From the NCBI GenBank assembly GCA_040357565.1, contig JBDODJ010000005.1: a stretch of 64,000 nucleotides of DNA; one strand, given 5' to 3'. Positions 1 to 14,925 of the stretch are shown here, one piece after another. The DNA is from Cercozoa sp. M6MM. Lineage: Eukaryota; Protista; Endomyxa: Ascetosporea. Within the stretch, counting starts at the first letter, position 1; every line of letters begins with the position of its first letter. A program made the position numbers and the translations under genes. The notes under the pieces were generated by a model, which was not told where the DNA came from, ran no database searches, and saw only the letters and a list, made by a program, of their open reading frames with translations.

Positions 1-263
1 TGCACTTCTGCACCGGCGACGTGCTGGAAGTGCGTATATTTTTGCCACTCGACATCTTAGGCTCGTGCACTCTTAGTTGCTTTGCTGTGTGATACCTTTA
101 GAAAGTACAAGGAGTGCGCATATTCAACTTGAAGCACCTCGCGCAGATGGTGAATTCTGCACTCAATGTACATGTGTATGTGCCGGACTGTCACTCCTCT
201 CATGCTTAGTTGAGAGATGAGGCGAAGGTTCAAGTGCAGGGGCGCCATGTAAAATTTAACTTG

Positions 264-316
<53 letters not shown>

Positions 317-416
317 NNNNNNNNNNNNNNNNNNNNNNNNNNNNNNNNNNNNNNNNNNNNNNNNNNNNNNNNNNNNNNNNNNNNNNNNNNNNNNNNNNNN
401 NNNNNNNNNNNNNNNN

Positions 417-466
<50 letters not shown>

Positions 467-722
467 CTTACGATCAATATTTGTGTAGGTTGTGCGCTTC
501 GATTTTGCGAACCACACATCCGTCGTGGTGGATCACGATGCCGCGCTTGCTCGCCTTCCAGGTCTGCTGAAAAAGTACCGCGTCCCGACCGCCATGTCCT
601 TCGCTTTGATGGTCCCCTCATTTGCTTTGATTCACACTATTCTCAATCAGTACCCGTGTACGAGCAGACAAAAGACGAACAGGCGCGACAAAATCCTCCT
701 GCTTCCGTCTCACTCGAGGTAG
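1..722 (+). CDS. Deg/HtrA (protease Do-like) serine protease, C-terminal PDZ region, 5'-truncated, multi-exon
   Basis: Spliced exons read HFCTGDVLE|KVQGVRIFNLKHLAQM|...|VVRFDFANHTSVVVDHDAALARLPGLLKKYRVP, resembling the second PDZ-like domain of plant DEG2/9/10-type proteases. The 3' end is uncertain. Confidence 0.7.
265..460. repeat. Intronic (TG)n microsatellite spanning a 100-N assembly gap
   Basis: TG runs flank the N run at 317-416. Similar tracts occur at 3165-3269, 9312-9414, 12321-12462, 42982-43265, 43380-43580 and 57901-58004. Confidence 0.95.
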
Positions 723-1046
723 TTCTCACCAAATGGTCAGTAAACTGCGCCTCCCGTACTCGAGCGGTCCTGTATGCTTTGCAGGAAAGCGCGACATCAC
801 CGTCTACGTCTCTGTCCTCCTTTCAGTAAAGCGTCTGGCCCGCACAAGCAACATAGCCTCCCGCCGGATTCAGTTCAGTGCAGTTCGGTTGCGTTCGTTC
901 CGCTTGCCGTTGGCCCGAAATCCATCCATTCCGTTCATTGAACTCAATTTCAACGTTTCCAACGGATTGTGAACTGAAATGAATTAACTGAGCTCGAGTG
1001 GACGGACGTAAAAGAAAAGAACGAATGCGCTAGGTGATGCTCAATT

Positions 1047-2163
1047 GTCACGTCGTGGCGTGGGTGTATCGTCGCACCGGGGCACCGGTCGCGTGCTCAG
1101 GCGACGATGACGCAGACCGTATCGCAATCAATGACAGTGCAGTCAGCCTGGTGTCTCAGTCTTCCGTACCGCTAGCCTACTGTCGAACGGTCTGCAAAAG
1201 CTGCTCGGACAACGTATCGGCAATATCCGGGAGCTGCTGCTCCAGGTCACTCATCTGCGTTCGCGGCGCCTTGCGTTGCGGTTCGGGCAGCGCGACCTGT
1301 GTTCAGACGCATGCATGGGATAGACTTTGGGCACGCCAAGTATAAGGGCAGGACTGCCCGAGGTGATCGATACCTTGGACACGGAGTGCTCAAACACGGT
1401 GAGGTCGTTCTGATCCGGCAGCGCGACGTACTTGGACTGGTTACCGATGTAGCGGTAGTCTTGCTGCCACGCGAACGGCATCGTGTGGTACCACGCCTCG
1501 AACTCAACAAAGGCGGCCTCCAGGCCAACCTGGTCAAAAACAAAGAAGCATCCGCATACCTCAGGATAACATCGAAGTTAATACCTCAGCGACGCGCTGC
1601 TGCCAGCGCGCATCGGTAGCGGCGAGGCGCGAGAAAATTGTTTGTTTCTGGGGACGGAAACGGGAAAAGGAAGAAAGTTAACGGTCCAGCTGTGGCGAGA
1701 CAGACATGCAAGAGCGGGTAGTTACATCATCCTGCGCTGTGAGATCGACTAGTCGCTTGATGACCATCCAGCGCGAACCGTCGGCTTCCACGCGGCGCCA
1801 GTGCAGGTCCTCAGCCTGCACACACGCACACACACACACACATACACGTATAGACACAAGTGGACTGCCAATCTGAAATGGGGTGGGACGCACCTCCTTG
1901 TAGCGACGCAGGAAGAGCATGTTCTCCTTCAGTCGCCAGTCGGTCGTGGTCTTCACCGACACTGCCTGCGAACGCACGAACAGACAAACCCACAGTTTAG
2001 ACACATGAACGCACTTGTAGAGAAACAAACGCACCGACACAAGGAGCACGCCGAGGATGCGCTTGGCCCAGATCGTGGGCGACACGAAAACCTTGATGCC
2101 TTCCGGCACCACGCCACTGGACGAGCGCCAGAAGTGCGACAGGTTGGAGTAGGACGCCGCCAT
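1047..2163 (-). CDS. Hypothetical multi-exon protein
   Basis: ATG at 2163. GT-AG exons join in frame: MAASYSNLSHFWRSS...WRLKENMLFLRRYKE|AEDLHWRRVEADG...|VGLEAAFVEFEAWYHTMPFAWQQDYRY..., with GC3-rich codons. The 3' end is approximate. Confidence 0.6.
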
Positions 2164-2302
2164 GGCTGCCAGACACAAGAAAAGATAATTTTGCACTGCA
2201 TCTAACTCATAACACTGAAAATACACTAACTCACTGCGTAACTGCGCTGGAAAACAACGGCCGCGGTGCTAAGGCACGAAAAACAGGCAAGTGCTGGCTA
2301 CA

Positions 2303-3162
2303 ATGTCGATCAGCGACTTTTGATCACGCACGATCGTTCGTTTGTTGTCGCTTTGTGTTAAGGCCGTGTGCGCTAGATGACACAAAAGGCAAAGTACACG
2401 AAGCAGGAACGCGCTGCGTTTTTTCGCGAGCGCGCGCGTCAAAAAGGTGCTGTGCTGAACATTCCTGTGCCCGGTGCTTCCCCTTCTGCCTAATGTACTT
2501 CTGCTGTAGCACACATCGAAATAATCGAGAAAGTCAAGAGCGCTGGAATTCGGCGAAGCGACTACTTGAGCAGCAGCAGCGCGAGCAGCAGAGCCGACGA
2601 GTCTACCAAGCAAACACCTCCTGTCGAACTTGATTGTACAGCCACTTGCGTGCATTCGTGAGTGCATGCATGTATGTTTACGCATACGTACTGCTATATG
2701 CACACGAGCAGGTGTAGTTTAAGAACTCAATGATGCTATAGGGTCACAAGCACCGCGCGCAATCGACCCGGTTAACTTCATTCCGCAGAAGCGCGCGCTT
2801 CGCAAACGACTCCAGTTGGGTACAGTCTGTTGTTGGGTCCATACTCTATTTTTATTGTTCACCAGCGCAGCCAACTTTGTGTACTGGGCGGCGGTGTCGC
2901 AGCGCAGCAGATTCCAACAGGCACAGCACTCGAATCAACGAGTTTCGTTGCGAGTGGTAGAGTTCTGTGCTGGGGGTGGTCATCTTGGTACTCGCGTTTC
3001 TTCGACCCTTGCGTTTTGTTTGTTAGATTGGTCATTTTTAGGACTTGCCTTGGCACACTTTTTGCCGAGGATACCGGCGAGGCTGATTCTTGACGGGTGC
3101 GACGGTAAGTTGCTCTTGCTTGCTACCTTGTACCCTTATCAATACGCCTGGAGTAATGTGAG

Positions 3163-3210
<48 letters not shown>

Positions 3211-3220
3211 NNNNNNNNNN

Positions 3221-3270
<50 letters not shown>

Positions 3271-4173
3271 GATATTGGATTGATGTGGCAGGCACTTTGT
3301 CGCAGTTCTTAAATTCGTTGCATGTCGAGTTGGTCGAAAAGAACGCACGTGCATGCGAAATAGCACGGACTCGTATCGCTGATTGGCGGCAGCACGAACA
3401 ATATGTATTCTCACTGTTAATTGATGCACTGTAGCCGCGGGGAAGCTGATATCTCCCGGATTAGTGTGACAAGCACGACGGTTGTGAAATTGATGTCTCG
3501 GTGACACAAGCATGGTTGCAAGAGTACTCTTGTGACACGACATTTGACGTTGGTGTTGCCGTGCACGCCTGCGGTCTGTTGACCGACCTGTCTCAGCTGC
3601 ATTGCATGCAACATGACGCAGCTTTTGTGTTGTGCTCCTGCTGCGTGGGAAAGATCAAGGGCATGGTATTGGCACACTTTGAACACAGTTTCCGTCCACT
3701 GTAGTGTGTTCCTGCAGTTGTCAGACACGCTGCTAAATGTGGAACACACACGGCAACGCAACTACGGCGTGCTGGGCCAAGCGAGCCTGCACGTGCCTCG
3801 AAGTGAGCGCTTTCGCTCTGTCCTGTCGCAGCAAGAGTTTCTACAGATGACACGTGCAGCCGGTAGAGCTTTCTCATTCGTTGACAGTAACGATAGAGGG
3901 CACTTGTAATTTCTTTGACTGTTGTAGACTACTCTGAGTGGGATCTTCGTTCCAACTGCGAGCACGCCACGCTGCGTCGTTTGTGGTAAATTCGATTATC
4001 AATGCACTCACTCTCTCTGAAGTTTTCATGCGCTCAGTAAAATTTACGTCGAAATGGACCGTATGGAGTGTGCCCGGCGAGCAGGCTACAGCACCGTGCT
4101 CGGCAAGCTACGTCCGTGCGAAAGCTCGCCAAAGAACGACGTCATCGTTGGCTGGAAACCCGTGCGTGAGTGA
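2303..4173 (+). CDS. GSTCD-like SAM-dependent methyltransferase (Methyltransf_32 type), multi-exon
   Basis: Motifs PQKRALRKRLQL, VVEFCAGGGHLG, FDVGVAVHACGLLTD, FVLCSCCVGKI, VPRSERF and C-terminal VEMDR...GYSTVLGKLRPCESSPKNDVIVG match the GSTCD methyltransferase domain. The start is uncertain. Confidence 0.8.
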
Positions 4174-4522
4174 TCATCGCATGAGATTACTGCTGCCGTT
4201 GCCTTGCGACTGTAGCTAAGGCACGTGCACAACCCGACCGGCATGGGTGATCGACGGCCGCGCTGGGAACGCTCTTCGAACTAGCCTGGTCAGCACGGAC
4301 TGGCGTGGATCGACGGCGCCATGGCTTTCAGTTCAGCCGGTTTGAATCGGGTGGAGTCAGAAATTACTTGCTCTAGCGTAGTACTGATACATACTCTACG
4401 GTCGTGCAACTTGAAGTTGGTCAGTGTGTAGTTTTTTACTTCACCCAAGCGAAGGTAGTGCTCAACTCCGTCACCCCACACTACCTGATCCAAGCTGTGG
4501 AACGGATCGGACGGCCGCAGAT

Positions 4523-6054
4523 TTACTTGAGACCCCAGTCGCTGCAACGATTGTGCGCCTTGATGAAGAAGACTTCGAGATTGTCGCGCAGCCACTTGGC
4601 TTCTCGAAGCTGCCATGCCAGTTTTTCAGTTTCGCGACTCGAGTTCTTCCGTTTCTTTGTGTTCCAGTTTGGCATGTCGGTGGTACGGCAGCACTCGGCC
4701 GAAACACGCGCAAGCGTCGCCTGGAGTTGCGACACGAGAGTGCGTGCCAGGTTCAAGCCTTGCTGCGTCATCACAAAGACGGCGATGCTATCTCGGCGAA
4801 GAACTTGCAGTTCGCGTCTTCGGCTTGTCTGCAGAGTCAACTACACACAATTTTACATCATTCCAGAAGCGTCAGTGGCTTTGATTCTACCGAAGCGTTC
4901 TTGCTCCCACAAAGCGCGGCAACGCTTGCAGCGTGGAACTCGTAGTGGAAGGCGTTGCCGTGCGCAGCTTCGAAGCGCGACATCACCGAGGACAGTGCGT
5001 CGGACAGCAGTTCGAGAATGAGGTTGTTCGCAGAGGTAGACAGTGCTACGTCAGTCGGCGTCTCCTGTAAATCCCACCATAAATTGTTCGAGTCGGTCGT
5101 CTTTGAGTGTTCGGCTACCTTTCTGAGGATGATATTCACTTCGAGCAGCTTCTGTACGAGGTATAAACATATTGATATTCAGGGAAAAGAGCGGCTACCG
5201 GGTAGACACGAGCCCAGTCGAAGTGATTCCACACAGCGCGCATGCCATCAGGAGCACGTGGAGCGCGCTTGAATTCGGGCAGGCGTGTATACTGTAGCAG
5301 CCGTAGGGCGAGTTGGTAGAGACTCTTGCCGAACAGGGGGCGGTAGAATTTTGACTTGGCATAGGATAGCACTCGCTCGATGGCCGGCTTTGTCGTGATG
5401 TGCACATCAATGTCAAAGCGCAGTCGAAGCACGCGCAGCACTTCTTCTGCACAGCACCCACACAACTGCAACGCTAGCATACCCTCCTTCAAGAAGCCCT
5501 GAACTCACCAGAGCGAACAGCGTCCACTGCTTGCGCGTCAGGACACGAGTTCGGGCACGAGGTGCCGACGGGCTGCTTCGCGCGAGAGACGACTTTGAAA
5601 CTCTCGGCCAAAAAGTCGCTCGGACTGCCGTTCGGGCTCGTTTGAGTACTAAAGCCGGACGATGGCGTCGGCACGAATGAACTGCAGGTACTGAGACTGT
5701 AGTTCCACTGGCTACAACTATCGCGCTCGATGTAAAACTCACGTTCCATTCAACTGACGGAAAGAAATGTTCCGGAAAACCGGCGTAAAGTTACCTCGAA
5801 AGCTCGAACGTCTCGGACAGAGACGAAGGTGTGACTGGCGTATCTGTACGGGAGGGGGTTTTCTCTTGCTTCGTCGGAATCGGAATCGGTGAAGATGGTC
5901 GGCAAGGGGCAGATTGCTCAGTGCCTGCCTGTGACAGGATGGCAGTGTCCGCTGGAGACGGTGGCATGAACAACGAGTAGCGACGGGTAGTCGACGAACC
6001 ATTCGTTGCGCACGTGGACGCGAGCACCAAGAAGTAGAGCAGGATTCCGTTCAT
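4523..6054 (-). CDS. Hypothetical secreted protein, multi-exon
   Basis: ATG at 6054 begins a signal-peptide-like MNGILLYFLVLASTCA, followed by a Ser/Pro/Thr-rich linker. Consecutive minus-strand ORFs are linked by GT-AG introns down to TAA at 4523. Confidence 0.55.
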
Positions 6055-6496
6055 GGCTTTCCAAGATAGTTGAAGTCTCAAATCCGCTGGCTGGCAAACA
6101 ACTCGTCTGCAAAAGTCACGTCGTCGCGTGGGATTGCGTCGCACACAACTGAGCACACTCGCACTCGCACTACACGCTCGCAGAGTTGTTATTTGTTCAG
6201 TGTTGAAATAACCTTGATTTGAGGCGCGCGCCGGGCATGTCACCGAACTCGGGGATTTAAATTCGAATCCACCTGACAGTCCGAATTCTCCGGAGACTTG
6301 CCGTCGGAACCGAATTGCCCTCCGTCCACAGGCTGAAGCGTGTCAAGCTGAGCTGAACTTAGTGGTACGGTATTACAGTATCAGTCGTAGACTTAATGCT
6401 GATAGTACCGTTCCTGCAAACAGTTTGTACGGGAAAGTTAATTCACTGCATGGCATCAACCGGCCGGCAGCAATGCTACCTGTCTAATTTATTTAT

Positions 6497-8399
6497 TCAA
6501 GCGTGCAGCTGCCCGCTCTTCCGCAATTGCGAGCGCGCTCGCACGGTAGCCTCCAACTTGCTCTGTAGTGCTTGTTCCGATAGCCGTGCGTTGAACATAA
6601 AATCAGCGCGATCGACGCGAAGAAATTCGGGAACTCGCACAGGCGCGTACCACAAGGAGTCAATGTCCACGTTTGAAGGCAGTTGTTGTATTGCGAGACC
6701 TGCCAAATCATTCGAGGCAACAATCTTTTCCACGTTGTTTTCGGCGTCAACGGCCGCAGGCAGCGCATAGAACGCACTCGTTACATCAGAAGCTCGCGTA
6801 GCTTTCGCTTTGGGGCTTCGTTGAACTGGCGTCGAACCGCTTTCGTCTTCTTCTGCGTCACTTTCGAGATAACCGAGCACACGAACTCCTTCGTTCACTG
6901 TTTCTTCGCGTCGTCGGTCGAGCGGGACCTGCGGAGACGCTTGTTGCACTTGCACACCAAAGTCAGGCGCATGCTGCGCTGAGGACCATGTAGCTTTCAC
7001 TTGCTTTGCGATCGTTTTCAGTTCGGCCTCGTCGTCCACTCGGAACCCGAGAATGAAGCCTCCCTGCAATGTTTCTCGGTTCACAGCTCCACTCAAACTG
7101 CAAATCGATGAGACAACAGCTGACCACTCTTTGAAAGGTCTCCAGCACCAGCGCTATGCCAAACTTGCTTTGTCGAAGCATCGCCGTGCGAATTTGAATG
7201 TGTGGCACACTGACATTGAAGTTCTGTGCACATGATGCATGCCAGACGAGTCGAATGTTTGTGAGATACATCACGCCCAGATTGCTCTGCACCAGTCAAT
7301 CCTGTGAGCCTTCCACCGTCCGAAGTAAGGTGTGGCACTTAAATACACTTACCTGATCAACTGACAGATTCCAAACTCCGTGTATCTTCGCGATCACGGA
7401 TTCGCGAGGAAGCAACACAAGCTCGCCTTCGCCACGACCACTCCCGACGGGCTAAATTGGGGTTTCTCGTTAAAAAAGTGCTCAGTCACACATCCAAACT
7501 GGTGTCACCTTGTCCACGAGAGCTCCCCTCAGACGCAGTTCACGGAACAAGCGCGAGGATTCGTAAGCGCGCAGCACAGACTGAGTCGAGTCGAAGAGTC
7601 GCGCCGCATACGTGGCAAAATGCCTCGACTGCGATTTGGGCGCAGACGTAAAGATGAACTCGAATCTACTCAACGCACAGATCTCAAGATAAACCGGCAT
7701 CACCCACAGACACAAACGGAGAAAGTGCCGAGTCTTTCGAAAACGAGCGAGTACAAACAAGGATTCGCAAACTTCGCCTCCACGCAGCCTGCTTTTCGAC
7801 TGCACGAAGCACGTGTTAGTGGATGAGTGGACGGACTGATGCTAAAATATACTGGCAGTCGTTTCAGAGTACCGGTCGAACGGCCGCAGAAGAGATGCAG
7901 TCGAAACCAATGCTTAGCGAAGGAGCCATGTCGATCCGGTCAAGCCATCGTTCCCTGCACAGACCAGGCTGATAGTTTGCCATCCTCTCGTAGGATAAGC
8001 TCACAAGCTGCGCAGTTGTCGCTTGTCTTTAATCTGCTTTTGTCGATTTTCAGCTGTTCAATAAATGCATTGCCACTGCTTCGAAAAGATGATGCCCTTC
8101 ACAGAAGAAAGCTCGCGGTGCTACGGTACCTGCATCGTGGAGCACAAGTCCAGCTCCAGGCAGCTGGACCCCAAGCCAGACTAACCGAAGCGAAGTCACC
8201 ACAAGCGTTCCCCTTCGTCCGTTGTTGCCCTGCAAAAAAACGAGTAAAAGCCGAAGTGCTACCGAGCAACAGTATAAAGTACTTTGGTGTCCTCAATGTC
8301 GCAGAGCACATCAACGACGTGCTCGCCAGGCAAAAGTGCCAACTGACTGCTTGGCGGATCGAAGCGGATTTCGGCATCCCGCCAGAGCATTTTTGCCAT
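6497..8399 (-). CDS. BBS5: Bardet-Biedl syndrome 5 protein (BBSome subunit)
   Basis: MAKMLWRDAEIRFD..PGEHVVDVLCDIEDTK|GNNGRRGTLVVTSLRLVW, SRFEFIFT, RAYESSRLFRELRLRGAL, NLGVMYLTNIRLVWHA, SKFGIALVLET, GGFILGFRVD and LGLAIQQL-like tail are all BBS5 signatures. Confidence 0.93.
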
Positions 8400-9051
8400 C
8401 TTGTTCGTCCCTCGGGCTTGTCTGTGGCCTAAAGATGCTCTGACTGCCGGCTATAATGGACATTTGGCGCTAGGTTTGACCTAGAACCTGGCAGCAAGGT
8501 TTTTGATATTCTGCAGCTCCTGGGCGTTTCTCAGTCAGGCTTGGCTTCCATTACCTACGCAACCGAAAACTAAATTTACTGTAAGCGAAGCATGAATCGC
8601 CGTAGTACCTACACAGTACGAGACGATACGCATGTGCATCGTATTTTCTTTGTATAAAAACGCTGCTCCTGGCCCAGATACCAAGGCAATGCGAAGAATG
8701 CAACGCCAAAGGCAGAACCAGAACCCGCAACGCAACTGCGCGGGATGCAAGAAAAGATTACTGAAGCGTAAGCTGCATCCCCGTCTGGACTGTGCTATGG
8801 GGCAAAATGCAAGCAATGCGATGAGACAGAACAAAGAGAAACGCTGTAAACTACCGTACAGAGTTGGTTTCTTAGTCGAGTAGACTAACTATTAAAACGT
8901 CGTTCGATTTTCTTTACGCCAGCCGGCAGTTTGAATTGCACGGCATGTGCGCAACTGAAAGAAAAAACGAAACTGTTTACGTTAGATCTGCTACGAATCC
9001 GAGCCAACGATGGACAGCGCGGAAATCAATGCGGAGTTCCATTGTGTTCGA

Positions 9052-9310
9052 TCATTGCGGCGTCTCAGAGTTCCTGGCACCACGACGGTAGTCACGCACG
9101 GTGGCTCCGCCCAAAGCGACTCGCGGACTGTGTGACTTCATGCCGTCGGCATCGGGACGCAGCACTACGAGCTCTGTCTCGTTCTTCACCTGCACTCGCA
9201 CAAGTACACATACACATGTGTATACATGCAAACAGACACATCATACCTCGGCCTTGGCACCCTTTCGCAGCAACTGTGGTCTCAACTGCTCACAACGAAC
9301 ACATACATAT

Positions 9311-9358
<48 letters not shown>

Positions 9359-9368
9359 NNNNNNNNNN

Positions 9369-9418
<50 letters not shown>

Positions 9419-10668
9419 GTGCTTGTATAAGATAGAGGGAAAGAGGGGGGAACCTTGGACTCAAGACGCGCAATTTCGGCCTCCTGCTGCGCCGAGACCT
9501 CATCGGGGAAGTCGTTCTCCGAGTTGGACGGGTAGAAAATGTAGTGCAGTGTTAGGTCGTCAATGTCGCGACGGTACTGATCCTCGTCGACCTCCTTGTC
9601 GATGAAGAAAAACACCGGCATCTCCACGGTCTCGTGCGGCCGCACGCGCTGCTCCTCGAAGCAGAAGCACTGGATCTTGGTGAAGTACTGGCCTGCACAA
9701 CCGACTTTCAATCGCAAAACAACAGACAACAACAAACAACAACAGACCCCAACACACAAAAGAGACAGGAGCGCACCGATTTTGGGCGGGTTGATGAAGT
9801 AGACACTCATGCCAGTGACGGGCTGGTTGCTCAGGTTCTCGACCTCGAAGAACACGAGCGCTGTCTCGCCCGGCGACACGAACACCTCCGGCTGCAGCGG
9901 TCGGAATGTCCACGGCAGACCTAGAGTGTCCCAGGTTCATTCGATACATGTTTACAATTCAGACACACAGACACAGACACACAGGCTACCTTCGTCGACT
10001 GTGGTGTCGAACCGCACGCGAATCTTGCGTCGCGGCAGATCGTAGTCCGCCGTCGGGAGGATCGACGACTGCACACACGCACACACATAATGTTCGTGTG
10101 TCAGTGGATACTTATGTGTGCGTGTATGCAAAACAGTGAGAGGTACCAGTTTAAGGTCGTCGGACTGACGACCGGCACCGTCGATGCCGAACTGCGCGCA
10201 GATGATGCGGTACAACGGAATCATGGCGACGCAACTGCCCAGCATGAAGGTCATCACGCCCATGAAGAAGAACACCGTCTCCTCACCGCCTGTCCAACAC
10301 AAAATATCAAACACACACAGCTAGCTCTAGTAGTTCAACAAAAAGCAAAGCCTAACACCAACAATAACAACAAAACAACAACAACAAAACAACAAAACAA
10401 CAACAACAACGACAACGAAGCCTACCCAAGAAAGTGGAAATCTTGCGTTTGCGCTGCTCCTGCTTCAACACGTGCTTCGCATCGTAGAAGGCTGTTCGAG
10501 CGCTGCAATTCGCGAGATCAAATAACGGGTGACACTGAGACCCAGACTTATTAAAGGCTACCCTGTGCGGAGTGTCGAACGCAGCGAGCGCGCTGTGACC
10601 CAGGCGGCGCGCGAGTACGAACGAGAAGCGCTCTGCGGAGATTGAAATAATCGCCGCGCCGCACGCAT
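9052..10668 (-). CDS. COX11: Cytochrome c oxidase copper chaperone COX11
   Basis: Arg/Ser-rich presequence MRAARRLFQS..., TM segment ending IPLYRIIC, LPWTFRPLQ, PGETALVFF, YFTKIQCFCFEEQR (CFCF copper motif) and EMPVFFFID. Confidence 0.95.
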
Positions 10669-10967
10669 CGCAAAGCGGTGCATTTTCGTCAACCAAAACA
10701 CCAAGGTTACAGATCAATGTGCACTCACACCTGTGCACAGCACGATCTGTGCGTCAACAATCCGAAATGGCAGTGCAGACTGGGCTCAAGGTGGTACAAA
10801 CAAGCAACAGGTCTGATCCCTTGGCCGGCACAGAATCGCCATTTATTCCCTGTGATTCTGCAGTCTGTCCAGTTTGGCTCTGTTTGGCTGGAAAAGTGCG
10901 GCGTAGAGCAAACAACGCTGCGAGCAGAACTGCGATCTAGTGCATCTTTTGTTGCTATCGAATTTTT

Positions 10968-11595
10968 ATGCTGGCTCGCTTTGCCCGCCTGTCTCCCACC
11001 TTGTCAAAGCAACAACAACTGCAAGCCCGTCTCATGTCCATCTCCGCCGGTGCCGCCTTTCCGCAGGTTACGATCCAGACCGTCACGGACGGCACGCCTG
11101 CTCCCATTGCCACGAAGGATCTCATCGAGCAGTACCCAAAGCTTGTGGTATGTGTTTCTGTCGCATCTGCAGTGGGTGCCCTTTGATGGCGGGCGTTATT
11201 GAACTTCTGTCTGAATGTCGATGCAGATCGTCAGTGTGCCGGGTGCCTTCACGCCGACCTGTTCGTGCGCGCACCTGCCGGGCTTTGTGGAGAAGATCGC
11301 CGACTTTGAGACCAAGGGCTACAAGGTCGCTTTCACCGCCGTGAACGATCCGTTCGTCATGAAAAGCTGGTTTGAGAGCCAGAACGTCCCTAGTGACATC
11401 CTCTGTCTTGCCGACGGCAGCGCTGTGCTTGCCGAGGCCACGGGCCTGACGGTGGACCTCTCGGCGCACGGCCTCGGTGTGCGCATGAAGCGCGCCGCCA
11501 TCGTCATCAACGACGGCGAGGTCAAGAGCGTCGCTGTCGACGACTCTGGTCTCAAGAACACCTCGGCCGACGCCGTGCTCGAGCTCCTCCAATAG
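10968..11595 (+). CDS. PRDX5: Type II peroxiredoxin (PRDX5/Redoxin family) with mitochondrial presequence; one intron at about 11148-11226
   Basis: VPGAFTPTCS..HLPGF, AVNDPFVMKSW, LADG and GLGVRMKRAAIVINDG motifs. Presequence MLARFARLSPTL... Confidence 0.92.
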
Positions 11596-12214
11596 GACCG
11601 ACGTTGTCGAGGCTTTATTAGTGTGATTTTCTAATACCTATCCCGTCTCACTGTACGATCCCGTTCCGTCCGATCTGATTTGTTCGGTCTACGCCCATGC
11701 ATGGCACATTGGCCTCTCTATTTTACTTGTAGCCCGCCACCTGCACCAACCATGACGTCGACGCCTCAGTCTGGGGAGGGTCAAAAGGGGAGTTGTATGG
11801 TCCTACACGAAGCGGGCGGGAGACACGACAATGCTCTTGGTGCAGAGGAACTTTATGGTTGATTTCTTGAGACTCGACACGGCCGGGTCAAATTCAGTTC
11901 ATTTTCTTTTTTCTTTACTTATAAGGTTTATGTCTAAGTTTGCGACATTGGCGAAGTTGAAGTTCAGCCACGGCGCAGGCGAGGCGAAGCCGACGCGTGC
12001 CGCGGCGTCGGCTGGTCTCGTGTGCGCGCGCGCGCGTGTGTGCGTGCCAAAGTGTGCGTAGGTGTCAGTGTATTCGTTGCGTGGACAGACGAGGACGACG
12101 GAAGGACGACAGCGAGCACAGTGCAAGGCGTGCAAGGATACCAATCTTTCTCTCTCTGTATGTTTTCAGTGTGACTATGTGTCATGTGTGTGTGTGTGCC
12201 TGACAGTGTGAACG

Positions 12215-14464
<2,250 letters not shown>

Positions 14465-14925
14465 TCGTCAAGGCGGAGGAGTGCTCGGTTGGCGTGTACT
14501 GTGCGCGATCACGACAACCAACTCAAAAAACTTCGCCGCTCGGCTATGTTCGTCTGTTCGTTCTTCGCGCCGCAATTCGAAGAAAAAAGCCACTGTGTGA
14601 ACGAAACGAGACACCAACTGGCCCAATCGCAAGAAATCAAACACTGCACTCACTCTTGTCGAGGCTCAGCGGCGTACAGGCACCAAAATAGCTGCTCAGG
14701 CTCCCGGGCAGAGCCTGGCACGCAGTACATTTCCGCGCACAATCCTCGTCTTGGGAGCCAGCGGGGATTATTTCTTGGGATCACCTCAGTCATGAATCGA
14801 TCGTGAGTGATCATTATTATTGTCCTCCTGTAGCGATTCGAGCTCTGGGTTGCAGCACAGGTCAAACACTCGGTTGTGTGCGTGGCTAGTTGGTACTCAC
14901 CCGCCAGAGTGTGCGATCGCTTGCC

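Noticed and set aside
57-829. ORFs rich in HTHT/CVCV here and throughout the window
   Set aside because: They are translations of (TG)n/(CA)n microsatellites and N gaps, not proteins.
8535-8883. Short ORFs between BBS5 and COX11
   Set aside because: No recognisable motif, codon bias or consistent exon chain.
11122-11592. Long antisense ORFs over the Prx, cofilin, RPL17 and BBS5 genes
   Set aside because: These are shadow ORFs caused by GC3-rich codon bias on the coding strand.
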